A DNA stretch of 63,507 nt, filler included, from Reticulomyxa filosa (GCA_000512085.1; 18 parts of 18 records of this genome joined end to end with filler, not necessarily neighbours in it); one strand, 5' to 3'; positions 11,713 to 26,083 are shown, numbered from the whole stretch's first letter. Notes: generated by a model from the sequence alone, not told the origin. A program made the numbers and translations.

Positions 11713-12507
11713 TTATCCCCAAATACGAATGGGACCTTTGCTTGAACCATAACACAAATTCAAATCATATTTAACATTCTTTGTCTTCTCTTTTTTTTTC
11801 AACAAAATAAATTTAAGACATAATATTCCATTATCTTCTTTCTCATCTCCTTTGATCATATACAGTTCATTTCTATTTGATCGAATATCCCAAAAACGAA
11901 TTGTATTATACTTCTGATCCAGAGTATATTACATTCGAATTACAAATACTATTATTTATTACAAACGGCGAATATTCAGCAGACCATACAATACTTGTGT
12001 GTCCATTGAACACTTGAATTTGTTGACCAGATCGAATATCCCACAAACGAACACTTTTATCATTTGATCCAGATAATATTGTGTTTAATAACTCACTTGA
12101 TCCATATTTTACACTCCACACATAATCTGTATGTCCATTGAATACATTGAATTGTTTTGTTGTTTCAATATCCCATATTCGGATGGTTTTATCAATTGAT
12201 CCAGAACAAATTGTATATCCATTTCCACCAATCACACCAATATTATTCATTTTATTATTATTATTATCATTTCTGTTATTGCTTTGCAATGGTGAAATAT
12301 CAACACACCAAATCGTATGTTCATGTCCATTGAAAATACATAATGATTTTGATGTTTCAACATCCCATAGACGAATTGTTTTGTCACCTGATCCAGAACA
12401 CAAATATCTACCACCATTAAATGGTGAAAGTTCAATTCCATAAACACCTAATGTATGTCCATTGAATATTTGTAATTGCTTATTATGTTTGAAATCCCAA
12501 AAACGAA
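11713..12507 (-). CDS. WD40-repeat protein, paralog of 8218-9600; 5' truncated, +1 frameshift near 11910
   Basis: Same repeat signature. GAA G(T)AT AAT carries an extra T, and the other frame continues DNTIRFWDIRSN...CYGSSKGPIRIWG*. Confidence 0.85.
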
Positions 12508-14214
12508 NNNNNNNNNNNNNNNNNNNNNNNNNNNNNNNNNNNNNNNNNNNNTTAATTAATTAANNNNNNNNNNNNNNNNNNNNNNNNNNNNNNNNNNNNN
12601 NNNNNNNAGTCGTCACGTTTTTTCCCTTTTTTTTTGGCGAGGTTCGGAGTTGTGTGCGTTAAATATGTCACGCTGCTTTAATTATGCTCCAAAAGGCGCA
12701 CATTGCCATCAGCTCCATATTCCAATTACAAATTATTGCGGGGCAATTTACAAAGTGCGATCTAACTATGGCGGCTTCCAAGTCAACACAGTGCAACACC
12801 AAATGGGCACTACCGCCATAATAACTATCTCGCCGACTATCACCACACCACCAACAGCACTCCATCACAACCACACCAACCACAAATATATCAAGCAAAT
12901 CAAATTCGTCCATACTTCAGTTACTTTTGATATACCTTCCATTCAATTAAGAAAACAAATAAGCAAAAAAAAAGAAGTGATGAAAAAATTTGATAAAAAC
13001 AACTAATGATGTCAATTTTACATATATACACATATAAAAATTTGACAGACAATGCGATCAGACATCTATTTGGAAGTATGTTGGAGTCGATATGACAGTC
13101 AAGGTGCTCAATCATTAAAATTTGGAGTAGTGGTACAGCAGCCAACAATGGCTCGCACATTGCAGGTGACTCGGAGTGGACAAATTGCCACAATGAACCG
13201 AACATATGCATGTCCGTTTTTTCATTGGGCGCAAGCTGCATACGACTGATAGATATCTACTGTGCGATTTGTTGGCACAAGTATATATTATATAAATATA
13301 TAACTCTATATCTATAAACAATTTTGAAGACACACTTTTTTCTTGATGAATTCAGTAATTATCTTTTTCAATATAAAACCCTTTACATTTTGACATTGTG
13401 TTATTAATAGAAAAAACGAGCGAGTGGAAAATGCCTTCAATGATAGGCACCATGGCGCACGTGAACAGCGCAGCAAAGAAGATGATCAACAATAAGTCGT
13501 GCTCGATATGTGGATAGCACGCAATGTAAGTGTTGGTGTGGAAGTTGGTGAAAATATGTTGTAAACGGCAGCATATGATCGATATCAATTTCATTATGCG
13601 TCGTCAGGTCGAGTTATTTTTTTTTGTTAAATATGTTATGTTTATTTGAAGACGTATATGTATAAATAAATAATATATGTACATACTTTTTTAAAAATAG
13701 ACATGGACCGTGCAACAAAAAAAAGGAAACGGAATAGAAGCAACCCCCGTCTCCGAAAGGGGACAAAGAGGTTTGCATTATCTTTTTTTAAAAAAAAATT
13801 CACATGGTATGTGTGTAATACAGGAATCCAGTCAAGTAGTTACATTTATGCCATACCCTCCACACACAAAAAAAGAATGGGGTCGAGGGCCACTCCGTAT
13901 TCGAAAGGATTAATGATGGTATATTATGTTTTATAATTTTTTTTGCTTTTGTTAAAAATGTAATTGTGTGTTTGTGTAATAATAGGAATTCCCCCGCATA
14001 AAGAAAATTTTTTTTTGTCCCCCCTCATATAAAAACAAAAAAAAGTTTTTAGTGTTTACCCCACAGGAAAAAAAAATGGAAATGGAAATCTAGCTCCAGA
14101 TGATAGTTATATGTATATTTTGTTGTCCTTTAAACATATACATATATAATTTTATTTGTGTATGTCCAGGAAGGTCCAGATCAAAATGTGTTATTTAAAA
14201 AAAAAAATTGCAAA

Positions 14215-14420
14215 AGGGTGGTGATGAAAAAAAAGGAGAAAATAATATAGAAAGTAGATAGGGTGGGAAGGAAAAAAAGGGGGAAGAGAAAAAAAAAGGG
14301 GGATAAATAATGAATAAAAGGATGGAAAAAAGAAAAATATGGATGAAAAGGGGTGGAAAAAATAAAATAAAATAAAAGATAAATGGAAAAAAAAGAAAAA
14401 TAATGATAAAGAAAAAAAAA
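14215..14420 (+). repeat. Purine (A/G)-rich low-complexity tract
   Basis: About 200 bp of A/G runs with scattered T and no C. Confidence 0.7.
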
Positions 14421-16676
14421 TTAAAGTATAATAATAATAATTATTTTTTAGTTGGAGCCAGACTCCAAAAATATTTATGTTCAGGCGAATGCCGACAAAA
14501 ATTAGTTAAGTAAAAAAAATATTTCCTTTTTTATGTTTGACTTGTTTAAAATAAAAAATATAGACTGGCGATGACAGTGGCAAGTCCAATGTTAAAAAAA
14601 AAAATCTAATATTACACTTTAAATACTTTCATTGTGTGTTCAAATTTTTTTTTTGCAACACTAAAATAAGTGTTTTTTTTTATTATAGATTGTAAGGGAA
14701 CAAAAATATGTGTGGACGCGCGAGCTTGTGAAAACATCAACAAAAGAATAGGTGCAGCGCAAGAGATTGTATTACCGTTCAATGGTTTGTGGAGGTGGTA
14801 TCAAGCTGTACCGGAAACAACACGTATTGTCGTGCATTGGTTTTTCATTTTATTTTAACCCAAAAAATTAAAAAAAAACAAAAAGTTACTATCAAAATAA
14901 ATTTGTTTGTGCTACAGACTTGGGGCCGAAGTACAAGGAACCAAAGTAGCTTCTGGAGAAATAACACGACGGATCTGTCGTGCAATTCCGCCAAAGGCAT
15001 AGAGACGCGCTTCAAATGGACAAGCCAACATGGCAATCACAATTGCTTGCTCCAACAAATTTTTGACTTGATAAATTGTTTATGATCATGGGGAAGCGAT
15101 TTGTGTGGAAGCTTGATGTTATGGGAAATCGAAGAAGCCAACACATATTTGCAGTCTTGTTAAGATCCAGTAAGCAGTCCAAGACACAACATACAGCACC
15201 TTCTTCATATGGATCCACCTCAATGCGACCTTGGCTGTATTCTCCGACATCGCCCTTTTCTCGTTCTCCAAATCTTGCTGTGGCAATAGCAGTAGATCGG
15301 GCTATCCATCATACTCGAATACATGTTTTAATGTAATGGCTTGCATTGGTCTACAATCTGCATTATCTCGTATCCAATATTCACATAAAAGCATACTTCA
15401 ATGTCTCCACATACCTTTGCACTACTGCAGTGAGGATGATGCGTATTGTTATAGCAATTACATTTGTTATAAAACCGTCTTGGAGTGTGCTGTGTTTTTT
15501 CGGATTGTACAGGTTGGATCAATTGTATCAGTAGTGGAAAGTGGCTTCAAGTACTGAAAGCAGTAGTACAGTGATAAAGATCTTCGGTAACAAGGTAGAC
15601 GGCCATTGGACAGATGATAACGGATAACAAAATGAACATATTGCGGATTGGAGTTGGACAGCTCATTTATAATTGCCGACGTTATGCGTAAGCGTATCCC
15701 TCAGATGGATGATAATGTGAGTATCCAACGCGGTTCAGGATATTGAAGATGTTCCAAATGGATTGTTGGAAGAAAGTACGCAATGTGTGAGATTTAATGG
15801 CTATGAGTACAGTCAATCATGTGCATGTAATCCGAGTGCTTTTCCATTACCATCACACCTTTTTACCGACATCAACGCTGATGCAAATTGCAGTTATACG
15901 TACAAAGATATTGAGAGTGTTTGTGTGAACATGAATCGATCATATTGCTGGAATCACATTTAATTTGTGTGCTAATTGTTTGAACTTATCTATTCTCAAA
16001 CGTCAGCCAGACTCATGCAATGTCAAAATTTATCAGCAAGCTCGGTCACGTATACGACAAGGGCGCATCCAATCAAACGAGTACATTATCGATAATTGAA
16101 TGTTACCTCCAAAGCGTCGTACCGAGATACGAGTGGCAATCGTCGTCACATTTGGGAAGCTAATCGATATTATTTCAAATAAGAAATATTGCTATCGAAT
16201 ATAATCTTTACAATGTACTGCAAATATGTCTGAAACGACGGCAGTGGTAATCAATTCTCCATTTTTTTTTTTCATGCAACACCACGCAATATACACAACC
16301 AATTATGGTAAAGAAAAGCAATTTGTGCGTCATTTCAGAAGACAACAACAAAAAGATTTTTTTCCAAATGGAACATCGATTGAAATGAAAGGTTATGAAT
16401 TAAAAATAATTTATTGGCATATAACACGTATAATTATACTTTCACCATCGCATCCACAAGTGNNNNNNNNNNNNNNNNNNNNNNNNNNNNNNNNNNNNNN
16501 NNNNNNTTAATTAATTAANNNNNNNNNNNNNNNNNNNNNNNNNNNNNNNNNNNNNNNNNNNNGAGCCCTACTGTTTGTTTGTTTATTTATTTTTTTTTTT
16601 ATTTTTTTCCTTCTCTGATGTTATCAATCGCACATGCGCACATGCGCACATGGGGGGGGGGGAAAAAAAAAAAAAA

Positions 16677-17505
16677 AGAATAATTGAAGTAGAGACGAAA
16701 GACGAACATCGCGGCTATGCGAAACAGCGTAATCCCACCACGATAATTCACGAGCACGAATTTGGAGAAGAACAACTCGCACATACAAAAAACTTGTCGA
16801 AACAGCTGAAGCAAGAGCAAGGATCTTTGATGGAGCAAGCGCCAGTGTTGGCCACGCATGTAACCAGCGTGCTTGAGGAGGACGACGAGCTGCTACCCAA
16901 AAAAGATCCAGCGAGCAGTGGTAGCGAGTTTGAATCGGAGACAGATCTTGAAAGCATGAACTACTCGCCGCAAAACGGCGTGAGAAAAAAAAAAGAGACG
17001 ATGCGAACACGCGTCGAAGAGCGAGAAAAGCGAGAATTGATGAATGAAATCCTGCATGACGAGCAAGTGCAAGATGCATTGACCACCGTGGTGAAGCTGT
17101 TTACATCTACAAAAATACAGCAGCAACAGCAACAGCAACAACAACAGCAACAACAACAACAACAACAACAACAAAAGGAAAGTATAAATAATACCTATCC
17201 TCGTCATTCGCGTCATTCCAAAGTGAAGACGCCTGTGTTGCCAATGACTCCCAATCAAAAGGAGGAGAAGAAAAGACAAATTGTCAAACACGTGTTGCTC
17301 AGTCTGAGTCGAACGCCGCTGAATGTGCCGTCTCCGGTCACTGAGGATATAAATGACGCGCCTGCGTCGGCTATGCTTTTGAAGGGAAAAAGCCAAGGCC
17401 ACTCGCAGTCGATGCCCGATATTGAGTTTGATGGCGAGTCCAATCCTAATCTTCCACAAGATGCTGAGAATTACAGTCCTACAAGAGCCAAAACCCCAGC
17501 CAAAA
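16677..17505 (+). CDS. Hypothetical low-complexity protein, internal exon with polyQ
   Basis: Long open frame flanked by intron-like homopolymer runs. (CAG/CAA)n lies at ~17118-17174. Confidence 0.6.
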
Positions 17506-17690
17506 GTTTTTGTTTTTTTTTTTTTTTTTACTATTTCCTTACATAAACTTTGATAAGAGAAACATTTTTTGCCGACTTTGCAAAAAAAAANNNNNNNNNN
17601 NNNNNNNNNNNNNNNNNNNNNNNNNNNNNNNNNNTTAATTAATTAANNNNNNNNNNNNNNNNNNNNNNNNNNNNNNNNNNNNNNNNNNNN

Positions 17691-18840
17691 CTTTTCAACA
17701 GAAATAGTCAGGTTTTGAGAGAACAATGTCTCTTGTTGTGCGGAAATGAAGACGCGTTTTAAGAAGATGTGTGGGGCAAAGTGTGCGGGATAGACAAGAT
17801 TGGATGCCGAGGACGAGGACGAGGACGAGGACGAGGAAGAGGAGATGGTGGTGTGATGGACGTGGGCAAAGGTAATGGGAGTGAAGACGACGACAGTGGA
17901 GCTGCCACGGGCGACGAGCAGACGACAGGAGTCGATGATTTTGACGGCGCGAATCCACGAGTGCGCCAGGTCGCTGTGGTCGTCGAGACCGTCTCGGAAC
18001 GAATCGTGTTTGTTCACTTCGATTTTGGTAAGAGGTACAAGTGCACCACTGATTCCAGCATTGGCAATAGGATTAGCAGTAGCAGTAGCATCAGGTGCAG
18101 TTGCAGTGCCTTGACTGGACCACTTCCATACATACACAGCAGAGGGACTGGCTGCAGCAAGCAAATACTCGACATTGTGAGTATTTGTCTTCTTCGTTTT
18201 CGTCTTTGTCTCTTTCTTCTTGCCTTTTTGTGTATTGTTATTATTATCATTCTGATCAATGCTGGAATGAGCTGTACTTGGCAAAGTGAACAGATCGATT
18301 GAAATGACGTGATCGTCCAAAGATAGACTAAAGAGTGCCTTAGGCACTTGCATGACCGACGACGACGACGACGATGACGACGACGATGATGATGATGATG
18401 TATTAACAACGGTCTTAACCAATTGCTTCACTTGTCTCTTATAATTTATCCAAATATCTTTCAACTTCCACACAAACAGGAAACGGTCTTCTCCTGCCGA
18501 CACCAAGAAATTCCCATCGTTGCTGTTGGCCATGTATCTTACCGGCGATGCGTGTCCTGCCAGACTGGCCACCAGCACGTTGCGCTGGTCTTCAAAGATC
18601 GCAATGTGGTTGCATCCGCACGCATAAAACTGGTTGTACGTCTTCGAAATCTTTTGCGATATCCTGCACACCGAATACGGTATGCTGTGCACCACATCGC
18701 TTGTGCGATACTGCGGTGATTCGCAATTTATCCGTCGCAAGCATTTGCCACTATTCACATCCCATGTTCGCATTGTCCGATCTGCTCCAGTGCTATAAAT
18801 TACTAATTGCGTATTATTATTATCATTATTATTATTATTA

Positions 18841-18874
<34 letters not shown>

Positions 18875-19406
18875 CATTGTTCATATGCTCCATTCGCAAA
18901 CACGTAATACGTGATTCGTGACCCCCGACAAAGTAACGCACTTCGACTGGATTGCTCTTGTCTCGTTTTGGATGGGCCACGCTGCTGAATTCAATCAGCT
19001 TGCATGCTTGCAGGATATCAAACACCACAATCCTGCCGTTGCTGTCACCTATTGCCAAATACACCACTCGTCTCTTCTCCTTTGTCAACTCTGTGTTCTC
19101 GTAAATCGTTCCGCATGTATATTGCAGTCGCAGGTGGTTACGCTCCGATATCTCTGTCATCAACGTCCCCACATTATTCTTGTTGCTCACCGATGATACG
19201 TCCAACTGCTCTTTCAGCTCCCATACTTTTATTCGGCTGTTTTCCGTCACCTATGCCAACCATTTTTTTTTTTTTTTACCATGCTATGCTTATGCCATGC
19301 TGTGTCACACTTTGTCTTACACTCCCCCCCTCCTTTTTTTCTTTTTTTTTTAACAAATGGCCCAAACTGTCACGAAATAATTCTGCGAAAAGCACTTTAC
19401 GCTCAT
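17691..19406 (-). CDS. WDR43: WDR43/Utp5-like WD40 protein (SSU processome), 3' truncated
   Basis: Exon 1 MSVKCFSQNYFVT (19406-19368) splices to VTENSRIKVWE. YLAIGDSNG, GGHESRITCL, GHASPVRYM and SAGEDRFLFVW follow the WDR43 pattern, with polyN and polyS inserts. Confidence 0.65.
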
Positions 19407-19734
19407 TGCTGATTAATAACAAATATTTATATTTATGATGATAATGATTTTACTTCGAAAAAAAAAAATTTCTTTCGAAAGCCGTTCTCTTTTTTTTTTT
19501 TTTAAATAAGTTGATATATGGATTAAAACACTGCTTTCAAATGCTTTGCGGAATCTAATGTTTTGCACGTTCTTTTTTCAAATCTTTGTAAACAATTTTC
19601 ACTTACGTCATCACAAATGAAAATTACAGACTAGTGACAATTTGTGTAAAGTTTTCTTGTGTCTCTTCTTTTTTTCCAATTTTGAAGAAATTTCGCTCAC
19701 TTGGCGGGCCTTGAAGAAAACAAACATCTCACAC

Positions 19735-21103
19735 ATGGAAAGAATGGGCTTGCAAGTGCCACGCAACTTTGACGAACTTAAACAGGCGTTGGAGGACGAA
19801 GGTTACCAAGTTGAACTGGTAACGGAGGACTCGAACAACTTGTTCCGTTGTATGAGTATGTATTTCCAACGGAACGAAGAGACTTTCTGACATATCGAGA
19901 CGCGTGCGCAGTGTACATGGAAATGCACCAAAGTGAGTTCATGGTATTTATGGAAGAGTCAGAGGTGCTAAAGTACTGCGAGAGGTTAGAAGAAAGCAAC
20001 GCCGACGAGGTCTTGTTTGCAACGGAAGTGGAATTGCACGCCTTGAGTCGCAGATATCGACTGAATATATCAATTCACACCTTGGACTCAGTCCGTGAAA
20101 TTGTGTTCAGTTCGTGCAACGACACACAAAAGTTGCAGTTAGTCCAACGCAACAATTATTTCCACTTGTTACTCACCAAAGATCAAAAAAAAGGTGGAGT
20201 AAGCAAAATAGCGACATAAACTCCGAAAATGTGCAAGGAGAGGGGGACACTACCGATTCCAACAACATGCGCACGTGCAAGTGCATGCCCAAAACAGGAG
20301 CTGCAGCAGCGTTGACCTGGCAATTTGGGTTTTTTTCCTTGTTTTGTGTATTGAGTTGTGTTTGGAGTGTAGTGTACTTTGTCAATGCATCGACGGCGTA
20401 TATGTGGACAGTCATTTGTGCAGTAGTGAAAAGTGCATTTGGGATTTATTACTTTAGTTCTTTGTTAAAGTTGAAAGACTCGGTAGACAAAATCCATAAA
20501 GAAAATTTACGTTACAAAAAAAACAATTTGGAGTTGACTCAACAACTGCACGAACTCTACCACGAGGTCAATCGATTGACCAATATTCGTATTAATCTGC
20601 AGTCCGACAGAGACACACTCACAAGGGCGTATCACATTTACAAAGGCTTTAATCAAAAGTTTCAACAGTTGCTCAATGGAAAGGCTGAAAATTTAAAGTT
20701 TTTGAAATCCAGAACCAATCAAATTGTCAAACGCTGGCGCGCCAATTTGGTTCAACATGAAAAAAACGTTTGGAACAAGTTGTGGGACTTTTTTGAACAT
20801 CAAACGTATCTTAATAATGACAATGAACTGAATGAAAATGAGAATGAGCACAATGATAATGACAACGACAATGATAATGAAAAGAATTTAAGCAACGAGC
20901 CACCAGCTCGTCAACCAGGCATTACTGCATTGCAGTTCCAACAATTGATTGCAAGTCTCCCTGCTCAGTACCAAGAACGATGCAATAAAATCAGAGATCT
21001 TCTACCAAAAGACGCACACATTACCTATCAGCAGTTTACTCAGCTAGTTGACGCTTGGGTCAATGAAAGTATCTCTGTGTCGGACAAAATTATTGATTTA
21101 TAA
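19735..21103 (+). CDS. OTU-like (catalytically degenerate) domain + two TM helices + coiled coil; two single-base frameshifts
   Basis: VTEDSNNLFRCMS (canonical DGNCLFR), YRDACAVYM, ATEVELHALSRRYRLNISIH and QRNNYFHLL. The frames join with one base missing near 19880 and one in the A-run at ~20185-20192. Confidence 0.65.
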
Positions 21104-21752
21104 ATTTTGTTTTGTTGGTCATCTGCTCATTGTACAACCATATATTGTAATTTTTGTTATTTAATGAAATCATTGTTTCCAATTTAGTGTAATCTTTTTT
21201 AAAGATAAAATATCATCTAAAGCACAATAATCTTGCATGTATTTGGCAAAAAAGCTTGCATTTGTTATTCAATGGCCACGCTTTCGGCAATTGAAAATGT
21301 CGGCTTGTATTACAATATTAAACACACTTTTATTGATATTTGAAGAAAACAATTTTGTTATCATTAATTCATCCAAATTTACCCTAAAATATTCTTTTTG
21401 TATTGCTATTCTTGCTCAACTGCTGTGTCATAACCGAATGAATACTGTAACATTTCAAATGCAAGCCTTTTGAAAGTGTAAAAATATTTTGTTCCCGAAA
21501 TAACTAGCTTTTAAATTTTTTTTAAGGCAAAACCAGGTTAGTAAGGTATAAAAATAGCATTTTTTCGCTATTTTACTCGTTTGAACGTTGCCTTTTAGGT
21601 AAGTTGCAAAAAGGGACTTATGAATAAAAAGTGAAAACAAAAATGTCAAATAAATTTTCTCTTTTGTTGCTTCAGCGTAGCCATAGCAAAAATAACAACA
21701 AAATTGAGTTGCTTTTGCAAATTTTTAATTTTTTTGACCAAGCACAACTTTG

Positions 21753-22438
21753 TTACCCCCATACTCGGATTGTTTTGTCAGAAGAGCACGATACAATTGT
21801 ATTACCATCTGACGAAATACTAACATCAGATATTAAACTAGAATGACCTTCAAACTTCTGTATTATTTGTTCTGATTCAACATCACACAAATAAATTATC
21901 TTATCATCCGAGCAAAATACAATAGTTTGACCATCTGGAAAATATTCTACACTTCTAATACAGCATAAGTGATTAAATAATACTTTTAATTCATTTCCAG
22001 TTTTTACATCCCATATTCGAACTGTATTGTCAATTGAACATGATAAAATTGATTTACCATCTGGCGAAAATTTTGCATTGGATATCTCTTTTGAATGTCC
22101 TTTTAATTTTTTCAATTCATTATCTGATTTTACATCCCATAAACCAATTATTTTATCTCGAGATGATGATACAGCCATTTGACCATCTGGTGAATAATGT
22201 ACATTCCATACAGTTTGTGAATGACCTGACAAGACTTTAACACATTTCCCAGATTCTATATTCCACAATCGTATTGTATCATCACTTGAACATGATACAA
22301 TATTTTTACCATCTGGAGAAATTTCTAGACCCCATACCCAATTTGAATGCCCTTTCAATTCTTTCAATTTCTTTCCTGATGCAACGTCCCACAATTGAAT
22401 TATTTTACTTGATGAACCTGAAGCAAGTATTTGTCCAT
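21753..22438 (-). CDS. WD40-repeat protein, 5' truncated
   Basis: Regular LKGHS...FSPDG..IVSCSxDxTIRLW repeats. Confidence 0.9.
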
Positions 22439-22907
22439 NNNNNNNNNNNNNNNNNNNNNNNNNNNNNNNNNNNNNNNNNNNNTTAATTAATTAANNNNNN
22501 NNNNNNNNNNNNNNNNNNNNNNNNNNNNNNNNNNNNNNGAGTGTCCCCCGATATGGCGAAACTGTGGCCTATTTGCATCATCATCCCAACAATTAAAATG
22601 TATTTATAATAACAACAACACAACAAATCTTTGCATGGGGCTCAGCTGACCTTTTGGCAGCATCCCACAAGTCCATGAATTTTTTTTATTTCAAAAAAAA
22701 AAAAATTTAGAGGCTCAAAAAATTTGATGAAGAATTTGGTCATGCATTTTTGTCTTATTACTCAATTTTTTGTGAATACCTTAATTTATGAGGAAATAGC
22801 AGATTGAATAAGAGCACCCATTCCATTGGTTGTAATGCCAGACCATAGCTCCTATTATTTTTTTTTTTTGTTTGTTTCGAGTGTGTTAAAGTTGGATGGT
22901 GTGCACT

Positions 22908-22943
22908 GGAGGGGGGAACGGGAGGGGGGAACGGGAGGGGGGA
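22908..22943 (+). repeat. G-rich 13-bp tandem repeat (GGAGGGGGGAACG x ~2.8)
   Basis: Seen directly in the sequence. Confidence 0.75.
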
Positions 22944-24431
22944 CTAACTCTACTTTTGTGTGTAAGTAATAAGTCAGGTCAGCACACTGACTTTTCTCCA
23001 CACACAAAAAAAGATTTTATATACAATAACTTAACTTAAAAAAATAACGAAAGGTGTGAGTATAAAAACCTAAACGTTTATTTTCTTTGGGTCTCCCCCT
23101 TGTCTGTTTTTCCTCAAAACGTGTATTGCTGTTTTTTAGTGCAATTTTTTTGGATACAAATTGATTTTGAGACAGATATTCCAATTTTTTGATCATAAAG
23201 TCAACCAAAATTTAAAAATCTTGTATTATTCAACTTTTTGTTTAGTTCTGTCCCTTTTCAACATGTCCACTACAACATGGATTACCAAGTTTTTCATGTT
23301 GAGCAAACAACAAGAGAAAACTCTAAGCGAGTTTCAACACCATATTATTGTATTGAAATCAACCCAACACCAACAACAAAACGAAATTGAAAACCTATAT
23401 ACGCTTGTAAAGTTTAGCGGACCTGCATGATCATTGTTATATTAATCCCTACTTCAACAAAAAATTTCGATGCAATGATCAATCGAGTTCAAAGTATGAC
23501 AAATAAACTGCGCTCTCCAATAAAGAGAATATGAATGAAGACATGGCAACCAGCAAAGAACAAAGAAGAAAACGAAAAGACAAACTCGCAGACATCGATA
23601 ATGTCACGCAATGTCGTTCCCCCCCCCCCCAAAAAAACTCAGTTGGCTCTAAATCTTTAAACCTCCGACTTCAGACAAAAGAGCCATATGCGTTATTGTT
23701 ATCATTTGGAGGACATACATTGTTAATGAAATACAAGAGTATGTGTGTGGACAACAAATAATAATAATAATAATAATAATGACAATGATGATAGTGAGAA
23801 TGAGAAATGGAATAAATGGATTGATCTAAAATGGATCGGTGATGATAAAAGAGAGAAGAATAAGAAAACTGGAACAAGTATCGAGGGGGTCTTTGAAAAA
23901 AATCATCTGTTCGGAAGCATCGACGAAGAACACAAAGATTACATGGCCTCCAAAGTAATCAATCTGATGAAAGAGCGTGCACGTCGACAAGGACGAAATA
24001 TTGATGCGACAGGGCGCGTTCTACTTCATCCAGAATGGCAAGTTCGACATCTTTGTCGACGCCAATCATGACCGCAAAAAAGGTCAGCGAGTACGCGCTG
24101 CTTTATCACACTCCCCGCACCGCCTCGGTCGTCTGGAGACTCGAAGCCCATGACTTCCATCACATTCGCCAGCAAATGTCACAATGGAATGTCTCCAGAT
24201 GCATTCAACGCACCAAATATCACTTTTTGGTTATTTATACATACCATACATACATATATGTATATATATATTATATATATATATATATACATACATGTAT
24301 ATATAATATATGTTTATATGTAGGGTAAGTANNNNNNNNNNNNNNNNNNNNNNNNNNNNNNNNNNNNNNNNNNNNTTAATTAATTAANNNNNNNNNNNNN
24401 NNNNNNNNNNNNNNNNNNNNNNNNNNNNNNN

Positions 24432-24448
24432 AAAAAAAAAAAAAATCC

Positions 24449-24483
<35 letters not shown>

Positions 24484-26083
24484 GAAACAACGTACACATG
24501 CACCCTCCAAAAAACACATGCATTAAAAACAAAGTCTTTGTCTTCAATTGGAACACTCCAAAACAAAGCTACAAACGAATTGCTCATTCGATTAAATATC
24601 GTGTTTGCTTTGTCTTTAAATTGCTCCTATAATATATACATGTATTTTATATACGTATGTGTACGTATACGCCACTCCATTCAAAAAAGAAAAAGTTAAC
24701 ATGAAATTCCTGAATCACAAACCACCAAAATCCATCACTAATGAGATCGATACTTTGTTTGGTATGAACAACGCGTGTATATAAATTTTTTTTGCGCGCT
24801 ATTTTCAAATTTGTGTGTTTCCAAAATTTGGGTAAGCATTTCCATTTCATTGACTCTGCTGGGAAGGGATTGAATTGTTGTGTCCAACGTCTCTGGCAAT
24901 TCTTCATTCTCAATTTGCAATGTCTGCAATTTGCCGGTGAACTTTGTACTTTGATTGCGTGATATACACTCCACAGCCGATTGGCTCTTTTGTGGTGAAC
25001 TTGAGGCACTTGACTCCACATCGGCAAGGGTTAAATCCAGCGCCGTCAAAAAAGTAGCTTAAAAAAAAAAAAAATTTAAAAAAATACACTCTTGTTTTCA
25101 CCAAAAAAAAAAAGTAGGCTCCGTTTTGAAGAGATTGAGTCCCAAGTGAGAGTATACGTATAAATTTTTTTTTGTTAAGTGTACGTGGAATGTCTGTTCC
25201 CCAAATTCTTTTCTGTTTTGTTTGTTTTTTTTTTCTTAATTAAAAAAAATATATATATGATAAATGAAAAAAATATAATTGTATACGTACAGCTGCGTTA
25301 ATAATGAGTTGCTCGTTTTGGGACGCCAATTTGTTCATGGACGGCGCTATTACATATAGCATGCACACACTCCATAGTTTTTTGAAGTTTGCATTGTTTG
25401 ATAGTATTTGTTGGGCCTGAAACAGTTGTTACAAATTAATTAGTTCCATTACATTGACTAGACATGGACGGGTTATTTTGCGATTTGACGTTTGGTGAGG
25501 CCCTCGTGTCTAATTTATTGTCATTAGATACGCCAACTTTGTCAATTGCTTCAATATTGTTTTGACTTGAGTTCTGTAACATTTTGTGACTGTCACCATG
25601 TTTGTGTATACGTTCATGCTCTGATTTGCACGTTAAAGGCTCAAATCCAATGATTATTTTAGACTGCTTTTCTTTCTCATTTTTTACAGTCTTTTTTTCT
25701 CTGGGAGACACAGACAGGCTCTGACTTTGTAGCGTTAAAAATGTAGAGGATGCCTTTTCTTGAGAATGGCTAACGTTCAATGTTCGATCATTGATTTGAC
25801 TACATTCTCTACTTGTTTGCTCCTCCTGTTGTTTCTTCACAATTTCGGTTTTTGACTGGGACTTTTTGTTGTCCTTTTGTTCCTCTTCCGCATTTTCTTT
25901 CAGCCATTTTTGGTTTTGCTCTAATATTTGCTTCTGCTGTTGTGTCTCCAAAGTCAGTCGCTCTAAATTTTCCTGCAGGCCCTCTGCCCAGTGAAAAATG
26001 TGTGAAATATCAAATTCATTATTATCTGTACTTTCCGCTTCAGCCGATGCGGCTTCTTTTTTCACAATTTCAAAAGCAGACAT
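24432..26083 (-). CDS. Hypothetical multi-exon coiled-coil protein, 3' truncated
   Basis: Successive minus-strand open segments (26083-25300, 25050-24780, 24628-24490) separated by AT-rich introns. Confidence 0.5.

Noticed and set aside
12608-16462. Cys-rich and hydrophobic ORF fragments as definable genes
   Set aside because: The frames are short and broken by stops, with no recognisable motif. They may be decayed genes but cannot be supported.
16599-18907. Many overlapping antisense or alternate-frame ORFs (poly-L, poly-H/R, GRGRGR, poly-Y)
   Set aside because: They are shadows of trinucleotide repeats in the real coding frames.
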